Shown: in pieces, positions 15,108 to 21,939 of the stretch
Numbering within the stretch: position 1 is the first letter of the stretch
How the letters are laid out: every line of letters begins with the position of its first letter
Source of the DNA: an uncultured Acidobacteriota bacterium
Lineage (GTDB): Bacteria; Acidobacteriota; JAQAZP01
Direction: 5' to 3'
Assembly: GCA_963836075.1 (NCBI GenBank)
Contig: CAWIIB010000010.1
Location: forward strand, 1-21,939
Length of the DNA: 21,939 nt
Translations under genes and position numbers: made by a program
The notes under the pieces: model-generated
What the model was told of the DNA's origin: nothing
The model's database searches: none
What the model saw: the letters and a program-made list of their open reading frames with translations, nothing else

Positions 15108-16999
15108 ATGCAGGATTTCACGGTGCACTCATTCCAGAATTTTATCGGCCCCAATGCCTTCCTCGACCGGCAGGCGCTGGTGTTCAATCTCCTGCTCGAC
15201 CCGGAAGGGCCCGAGGTGGACTTTTACCGTGAAGCGGTGCTGGAGAAGTTTCCCGTCCTGGAAGCACAGTATCCCGATCGCGTGGCCGAACTGTATGCCC
15301 GGGTCCTGGTCCAGGTGATGAAGATGGACATCGATCTCTTCATCAACAACTACGCGGTGCACGGTGACGGCGGGGACGTCATGGTGGCGGTGGAATACCT
15401 GGACAACCTGATCGCCCGGAACTGCGCCGAGTTCGTCGCCGACTGGTTCCGGTCACTGAACGACAAGAGCTCGTTCGATTTCGATGCGGGTTTCCAGGAG
15501 CTGCAGGAAGAGTTCGACGCCACCGTCTTTGGCGGGCCGACGATCTATTCCCTGATCGAGGCCGGATTGAAACGGGGCATCCCGGTGCTCTACCTCTACG
15601 AGGAAAACGTCTTCATGTGGGGGTATGGTAAACGGCAGGTCCGCGGCCGGTCCACCACCTTTCACACCGACTGGATCAAGGACACCGAGTTCACCACCTT
15701 CAAGGACATGGTCAAGGACTTCCTGCTGATGTGCGGGTTCCCCACGCCCAGCGGCCGCAACACCTTCACCGCCGATGACGCGGTGGCCGAGGCCCACGTG
15801 CAGGGCTACCCGGTGGTGGTCAAACCGCTGGCCGGGCACAAGGGCCAGGGGGTGACCACCGAGATCAAGTCCGACGGCGAGGTCCGCGCCGCTTTCGGCA
15901 AGATCGTCGAGTCGTGCCGCGAGGAGGGTGTCTCCTTCGACGGGGCCATCGTGGAAAAGCAGATCTACGGCACCGACCACCGGCTGCTCACGGTCAACGG
16001 CAAGTTCGTCGCGGCCCTGGAGCGGGTGCCGGCCTACGTCGACGGGGACGGCACGAAATCGATCGAGTGAACTGATCGCCGCGGAGAACGATACCGTGGT
16101 CCGACTGGACAACGCCCGCTCGCCGCTGTGCAAGATCAAGATCGACGACGACCTGAGGGAATATCTCCACCTGCAGGATCTGTCGCTCGATTCGGTGCCC
16201 GGGAAGGGCGAGCGGGTTTTCCTGCGGCGGGTGGCCAATATTTCTGCCGGCGGCGTGTCGATCAACGTCACCGACAAGATGCATCCGAAAAATGTGAAGA
16301 TGGTGGAGGACATCGCCAAGTATCTCCAGGTGGGAATCCTGGGGATCGACGTGCTGGCCGAAGACATCGCCAAGCCGTGGGACGAGGGGAGTTTCGGCAT
16401 CATCGAGATCAACGCCGGCCCCGGCGTCTTCATGCACCTGGCCCCGGCCATCGGCGAGTCCATCGACGTCCCCGGCAAGGTGATGGAGGCCCACTTCCCG
16501 GCGCCGGGCCACGGCCGGGTGCCGATCATCGCCGGAAACTGCATTGTCAACCGAACTGGCCGCCGGGATACACAAGATCTCGAAGGCTTGCGGCCGGGCA
16601 TCGAGTTCGGCAGCCTCACCGCCGAAGGCATCCACTTCAACGGCGAATATTTCCACAAGAACAAGCATCACGATGACAACGTCAAGCTGCTGCTGCGCAA
16701 TCCGAAGCTCGAGCGCGGCCCTGTTCAGCCACACCGCGGACCAGATCGACGACTACGGGATGGTGCACCAGGGCGCCGACCTGGTGATCCTCGACGATCC
16801 CCAGGGATCGGAAGCGATCCTGCCCCGTGACCGGCTGCCTGGCGGCTGGCTGATCGAGACCGGGGATGGCCGGGCGGTGATGACCCGGGACGGGGTTGAA
16901 GTGGCCAGCCTCTCCATCGAGGAGGCCGGCGGCAAGGATGCGGCCCTGCTGGACCTGGTGGGCCGGGTGGCCGCGGAGATGCTGGAGAAATACGACTGA
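15108..16999 (+). CDS. cphA2: CphA2-like cyanophycin synthetase (beta-Asp-Arg dipeptide polymerase), about 630 aa: N domain, intact ATP-grasp, vestigial M domain
   Basis: AAGGAG RBS. Motifs I recall as CphA2-diagnostic: 'VFGGPTIYSL', 'GIPVLYLYEE...WGYGKRQVRG.STTF', 'FTTFKD', 'KPLAGHKGQGVT', 'RVANISAGGVS', 'EINAGPG.FMHL.PAIGESIDVP', 'NVKLLLRNPKL', 'GADLVILDDP'. No GTNGKT P-loop after 'RVPII'. Frameshifts at ~16068, ~16545-16580, ~16720. Confidence 0.82.
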
Positions 17000-17033
17000 C
17001 CCGCGGTGATTCCCGCGAGCGGAGGGGCGACGG

Positions 17034-18194
17034 ATGATTCTGTTCAAGGAATGCGATCTTTACGCCCCGGAGCACCTGGGCGTCAAGGACGTGCTGGTGG
17101 CCGGGGGCCGGGTGGTGGCCATGGCCGACAGCATCGGCGAACCGGCCGGGGTGGAGGTGGAGGTGATCTCCGCCCGCGGGCTGAAAATGGTTCCCGGGTT
17201 CGTTGACGGCCATGTCCATATCGCCGGCGCCGGCGGCGAGGGCGGGCCGGCCACCCGGACGCCGGAGATGCCGCTGTCCTACCTGCTGGAGGCCGGGGTC
17301 ACCACGGTGATCGGCTGCCTGGGCACCGACGGGCTGACCCGCTCGGTGGAGAGCGTGCTGATGAAGACCAAGGCCCTGCGGGCCGAAGGGGTCTCCGCCT
17401 GGATGCTCACCGGGGCCTACCAGGTGCCCACGCCCACCATTCTCGGCGACGTGGGCAAGGACATCGCCATGATCGAAGAGGTGATCGGCGCCGGGGAAAT
17501 CGCCATCTCCGACCACCGCAGCTCGGGGCCCACGGTGGACGAACTGATCAAACTGGTGGCCCACGCCCGGGTGGGCGGCATGCTGGGCGGCAAGGGCGGC
17601 ATCGTCAACTTCCACATGGGCGACGCCAAAAATCCCTTCCAGATCCTCCACGATGTGGTGGCGCGCAGCGAACTGAAATACACCCAGTTCCTGCCCACCC
17701 ACTGCAACCGCAACGACTACATCTTCGAGGACACCAAGACCTACGGCAAGACAGGCTATGTGGACATCACCGCCAGTTCCTGGCCCTTCTTTCCCGAGTA
17801 CGAGACCAAGCCCTCCAAGGCCATCGTCCAGCTGCTGGCCGCCGGCGTTCCGCTGGAGCACATCACCATGACCTCGGACGGCTGCGGCTCACTGCCCGAT
17901 TTCGACGAGCAGGGCAACCTGGTCAAGCTGGAGATGGGCAAACCGAAGTCGGTGCTCGACGAACTGCGGGACACGGTGCTCGAGGAAAAGCTGGAGCTGG
18001 ACAAGGCGGTCCAGGTGGTGAGCAGCAACCCGGCGAGGATCTTCAAGCTGCCGGGCAAGGGCGTGGTTGCCCCCGGCGCCGATGCCGACCTGGTGCTGCT
18101 GGACGGGGAGTTCCGTGTCCACCACATGGTGGCCCGTGGCCAGCTGATGGTGCGCGAGGCCGTTCCGTTGAAAAAGGGCAGCTACGAAGTCTGA
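17034..18194 (+). CDS. iadA: Isoaspartyl dipeptidase (beta-aspartyl peptidase, amidohydrolase family), 386 aa, intact ORF
   Basis: 'PGFVDGHVHIAGAGGEGGPATRTPE', 'GVTTVIGCLGTDG', 'GAYQVP', 'GEIAISDHRSS', 'FHMGD', 'PTHCNRN', 'TSDGCGSLP', 'GADADLV'. GGAGG RBS. Confidence 0.95.
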   Translation: MILFKECDLYAPEHLGVKDVLVAGGRVVAMADSIGEPAGVEVEVISARGLKMVPGFVDGHVHIAGAGGEGGPATRTPEMPLSYLLEAGVTTVIGCLGTDGLTRSVESVLMKTKALRAEGVSAWMLTGAYQVPTPTILGDVGKDIAMIEEVIGAGEIAISDHRSSGPTVDELIKLVAHARVGGMLGGKGGIVNFHMGDAKNPFQILHDVVARSELKYTQFLPTHCNRNDYIFEDTKTYGKTGYVDITASSWPFFPEYETKPSKAIVQLLAAGVPLEHITMTSDGCGSLPDFDEQGNLVKLEMGKPKSVLDELRDTVLEEKLELDKAVQVVSSNPARIFKLPGKGVVAPGADADLVLLDGEFRVHHMVARGQLMVREAVPLKKGSYEV

Positions 18195-18210
18195 TCCCAA
18201 AGGAGCACAG

Positions 18211-20408
18211 GTGAAAGAGGACCAGCCCCAGTGCCGCCTCGAAGAGGGCCCGCTCAAGGCCCTCGGCATCAAGGTGCTCCAGGGGCCCAACTACTTCAGC
18301 GCCGGGCCGGTGATCGCCCTGCGTCTGGACCTGGGCGCGTACGACGAAGTCTTCACCAACGACATCCCCGGGTTTGGCGAGCGGCTCCGCACACTGCTCC
18401 CTTCGCTGCAGAGCCACCACTGCTCGGTGGGGCAGCCGGGCGGGTTTCTGTTGCGGGTCTCCGAGGGAACGCTGCTGGGCCATGTCACCGAGCACGTGGC
18501 CATCGAGCTGCAGACCCTGGCCGGGATGGACGCGGGGTACGGCAAGACACGCAGCACCGCCACCCAGGGGGTCTACAACGTCATTTTCCGCTTTCTCGAC
18601 GAGGAGGTGGGGCTCTACACCGCCCGTGCGGCGCTCAACCTGGTCAATGCCCTGCTCGAGGAGTGTCCGTTCGAGGTCGGGCCGGTGGTCGGTGACCTGG
18701 TGCGCATCCGCGAGGACCGGATGTTCGGCCCCAGCACCGGGGCCGTGGTGGAGCGAGGCCGAGGAACGGAATATCCCATGGTACCGGTTGGACCGCTACA
18801 ATCTGGTTCAGCTGGGGACCGGCAAGTACCAGAAACGGATCCGGGCCACCGTCACGTCGGACACCAGCCTGCTGGCCGTGGAAACCGCTGACGACAAATA
18901 CCTGACCAACAGCATGCTCGCCGACGCCGGCGTCCCGGTTCCGCCCACGGTGCGGGCATCGCACGCCGCCCCCGTGGAAGCCTTTCGCCGGGAACAGGAT
19001 CTGCCGTTGGTGGTCAAGCCGTGCACCGGACACCTGGGGCGGGGCATCACCCTCGGCCCCGCCACGGCCGAAGCGGTTGAAGAGGCCGTGGCCCGGGCCC
19101 TGCAGTTCGACGACTCGGTGATCGCCCAACCGCTGGTGGCGGGGGAGAGCTTCAGGCTGCTGGTGATCGACGGCCGGTTCGTGGCCGCGGCCCGGCTGGT
19201 CCCCCCGGTGGTCACCGGAGACGGACGGCAGACGGTGCAGCAGCTCGTGGCCGGCCTGAACAACGATCCGGACCGCGGGGTGGGCGACAAATCAAAGCTG
19301 AGCCTGGTGGAACTTGACGAGGAGACCGGGCGGATCCTGGAACTGAACGGACTCACCGCGACGTCGGTGTTGCCTGCCGGTCAGATCGCTGGCCCTCAAG
19401 GTTTCGGGCAACCTGCGTCTGGGCGGGGCCAGCCACGATGTCACCGACGGAGGTCCACCCGATGAACCGCCTGCTGGTGGAACGGGCGGCCCGGGCCCTG
19501 GGGCTGGACGCCGCCGGCGTGGACGTGGTGGCCCCTCTCTGGCCGAGTCGATGCTCGACACCGGTGGCGTGGTCATCGAGGTGGGGGCGGCCCCCGACTT
19601 CCGTCTGCACCTCAACCCGGTTTCGGGTTCGCCGCAGGATGTGGTCGCCCCCTTCCTCTCCATGCTCTTTCCGGAAGGGCGCCACAACCGGGTGCCGGTG
19701 GTGGCGGTTACCGGCACCGACGGCAAGACCACCGCCACCGACATTCTGCACCACTGTCTTTCCCGTACCGGCTACCGGGTGGGCCGCGCCACCTCCCGGG
19801 GGCTGATGGTGGGGGAGGAGGTGCTGATCAGGGGTGAGATGACCGGGTTCGAGAGCGCGGCCATGACCCTGCGCGACCCCACCATCGACTGCGCCCTGCT
19901 CGAGGTCCCGCTGGAGACGATCCTCGACCGCGGCCTGGGCTACCGTTTCGCCGATATCGCCGTGGTGCTCAACATCCGTGACGAAGGGCTGCTCTACGAC
20001 GAAGCGGCAATCATGGAGGACATCGCCTACGCCCATGCGGTGGTGGCCGAACAGGTCTACGAGGACGGCTATACCGTGCTCAACGCCGACGACCAGTTGA
20101 TCCTCGAGATGCGGGAACGGCTGCACAGCACGGTGGTGCTTTTTTCGCGCGATCCCGAGAACCCGGCGCTGGTGGAGCTGGCGGCCGCCGGCGGGCGGGG
20201 GGTCACGGTTGAGGAGGGAAAACTGGTGATGATCGACCGTGGCGAGCGTGTGGAACTGGCCGCGCTGGATGCCATCCCCCTGCTGGCCGGTGAGGGCGGG
20301 GCCGTATACCTGGACACCGTGCTGGCCGCGGCGGCGGCGCTCTACTGCTTCGGCGCCTCCGTCGACCGGATCACCGAAACCCTGCAGGGGTTCAATGAAG
20401 GAAAGTAG
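18211..20408 (+). CDS. cphA: CphA1-derived protein, about 730 aa: intact N-domain metallopeptidase motif, degenerate ATP-grasp and Mur-ligase core, no C-terminal lid
   Basis: AAGGAG RBS and GTG start; 'GPNYFS', 'HHCSVGQPGGFLLRVSEGTLLGHVTEHVAIELQTLAGM', 'GPSTGAVV', 'VQLGTGKYQKRIRAT', 'VAVTGTDGKTT', 'VLNADD'. Stops at 'LQGFNEGK*' where canonical CphA1 continues into PGR and the lid domain. Frameshifts ~18750, ~19390, ~19450, ~19535. Confidence 0.88.
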
Positions 20409-20431
20409 GGACAGTTACTACCTTTTTCCGT

Positions 20432-20674
20432 TGTCATCGCGAGGAGTCGGCGCAGCCGACGACGCGGCGATCTCCTCGGATGTTCTTTCGATTCATTGAG
20501 ACTGCCACGTCGCCGGCTCCGCGGGCTCCTCGCAGTGACAGTGAGGACAATGCTGTTCCTTTGCCTGACCTCCCCGGCCCCCGCGGGTCGGTGGCTCGCA
20601 ATGACAGTGAGAGGGCAGTTGTTCCTTTGCCTGACTTCCCGTGGCCCCCGAGGGTCGGTGGCTCGCAATGACAG
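20432..20674. repeat. REP-like palindromic element followed by 66-67 bp tandem units, between convergent genes
   Basis: TGTCATCGCGAGGAG (20432-20446) pairs with CTCCTCGCAGTGACA (20526-20540, two mismatches); CTCGCA(G/A)TGACAG recurs at 20529, 20595, 20662; both spacers share TGTTCCTTTGCCTGAC and GGCCCCCG(C/A)GGGTCGGTGG. Confidence 0.85.
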
Positions 20675-20678
20675 GGGG

Positions 20679-21401
20679 CTACACCCGCCCGAACAACTTC
20701 AAGCACCCGCAGTTTGAACACCACCCAGATCGACTCCCAGATGATCGACTTCGAGATCTTCGACTGCCCTGAACGCCGTTCCTGGAAAATGATGGGTACC
20801 TCTCCCAGGCTGAAACCCTTTCTCCAGGCGAGGAAGCTCATCTCGATCAGGAACACGTATCCATTGGAGCGGATCCCTGCCAGGTCGATGGCTTCCAGCA
20901 CCTCGCGTCGATAGCAGCGGTAGCCGCTGGTGATGTCTTTCAGCGGCAGCCCGGTGACCAGGCGTGCGTAGAGATTGGCCCAGGTGCTGAGGATCAGGCG
21001 CCGCAGGGGCCAGTCCAGCACCCGGACCCCGCCGATGTAGCGGGATCCCTGGACCACGTCGAACCGATTGGAAGCCTCAACCAGCTTCGGGATTTCCCGC
21101 GGGTCGTGGGAGAAGTCGGCGTCCATGCCGACGATGGTCCGGTATCCCTGCTCCAGGGCAAAGGTGAACCCGTGCCACATAGGCCGTGCCCAGGCCCCTC
21201 TGGTCCATCCGGTGGATCAGGTGAATCCGGCTGTCTTTCCGCGGTCCGGGATTCCACCAGTTCCCAGGTGCGGTCCGGGGAATCGTCATCCACCACCAGC
21301 AGATCCACCTCGGGTGCGTGGACGAAGATCTCATCGATCATCCGACCGATGTTTTCCCGTTCTTCGTAGGTGGGAATCACCACCAGGGTGCTTTTGGACA
21401 T
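20679..21401 (-). CDS. GT2 polyprenol monophosphomannose synthase (Ppm1/DPM1-like), about 240 aa, frameshifted
   Basis: GGAG RBS; 'TLVVIPTYEERENI', 'LVVDDDSPDRT', 'GLGTAY', 'MDADFSHDP', 'DVVQGSRYIGG', 'DITSGYRCYRREVLE', 'SNGYVF.IEM', 'EVPIIFQERRSGQSKIS'. Likely true stop is TAG at 20679-20681 after a one-base shift. Confidence 0.88.
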
Positions 21402-21515
21402 GATTTCTCCGGATTTCGTCGCAGCCCAGGCCATAACGCCGGGCTGCCGGGCAGTTGCAGATCGGAACCGCGTTGAATTGTAGTCGATTGTGGCGTCATG
21501 GACAAAGTGTAGCGT

Positions 21516-21939
21516 TCAATCCTCCGCATAACCCAGTTCCACAAGGCGGCGGGTGGTTTCAGGATCCAGCGGCGCTGGGGAATCGTCTCGCCCATTCCGC
21601 GGCCATGGCGGCCAGCCCGGTGTGCGGCACCATGTACCGTCGGCGCCAGTTCTTCGGCCAGGCAAGGGCGTTCCCGGAGAAGGTCGTTCGATCTCCAGCG
21701 GGTCCCGCTCGCAGGTCGTGGAGGCCTGTGATCCGACCTTCGGGGTCGAAAGTCGCCTTCATGCCGTCCACCAGCCAGGCCCGGCGGCCGTTCTCACCGC
21801 GGGTGAAGAGGAGCGGGGCCGAGAGGCCTTCCGCGACGCTGCCGGGTGCACCGGGCCCGCGGCTGAGGAGCGGAGACAGGTCGCGGCCCTGGAACCTGTC
21901 CGGCAAGCCGATGCCGAGGAGCGAGAGAATGGTGGGGGC
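21516..21939 (-). CDS. C-terminal part of a sulfatase-like hydrolase/transferase, running in from beyond the window edge
   Basis: 'APTILSLLGIGLPDRFQGRDLSP', 'GLHDLRA(D)PLE', terminal 'LDPETTRRLVELGYAED*' (TGA 21516-21518), the same LxxLGY tail as the gene at 5154. Confidence 0.75.

Noticed and set aside
16065-16075. TGA inside cphA2 as selenocysteine, or a split into two genes
   Set aside because: Removing one T gives ATC GAG GAA CTG ATC (IEELI) and joins the two frames, so it is a single-base insertion.
15453-17861. Long minus-strand ORFs (403 aa, 378 aa) opposite cphA2 and iadA, and similar antisense ORFs elsewhere
   Set aside because: Shadow ORFs expected from GC-rich codon bias, with no recognisable motifs.
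15108-20408. Two CphA homologues complementing in trans as a split CphA1 (one active G site plus one active M site)
   Set aside because: Disfavoured rather than excluded. The second protein keeps GKT but lacks the lid and the ETARGG/DH motifs needed for Arg ligation. Co-expression would settle it.
20529-20674. Mini CRISPR array
   Set aside because: The repeat is only ~13 bp, the two spacers are near copies of each other, and there are no cas genes.
20434-20678. C-terminal extension of the GT2 through the repeat block
   Set aside because: Frameshift artefact. The family-typical end and a TAG lie at ~20679, and the extension is translated repeat DNA.

Overview
GC-rich bacterial DNA with indel errors in nearly every gene, most consistent with an unpolished long-read assembly, so most genes were rebuilt across reading frames and some ends are approximate. 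Left to right: (-) GT-C-fold membrane glycosyltransferase and TMTC-like TPR glycosyltransferase; (+) chromate transporter ChrA; (-) sulfatase-like lipoprotein and PafA/PhoK-type alkaline phosphatase lipoprotein; (-) a fused double-length UvrA (~1,840 aa, four ABC ATPase modules); (+) a four-gene cyanophycin operon; a REP-like palindrome/tandem-repeat block; (-) polyprenol-phosphate mannose synthase-like GT2 and the 3' end of another sulfatase-like gene. The main finding is the operon: cyanophycinase cphB, a CphA2-type beta-Asp-Arg dipeptide polymerase (a type I know mainly from cyanobacteria), isoaspartyl dipeptidase iadA, and a CphA1-derived protein. That last protein has degenerate ATP-grasp and Mur-ligase synthetic motifs and no C-terminal lid, but keeps an intact N-domain HxC-x19-HxxEH primer-generating metallopeptidase motif. 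I infer a possibly undescribed dipeptide salvage/re-polymerisation system with a dedicated primer-generating pseudo-synthetase. Family calls come from motif recognition by eye; no searches were run.
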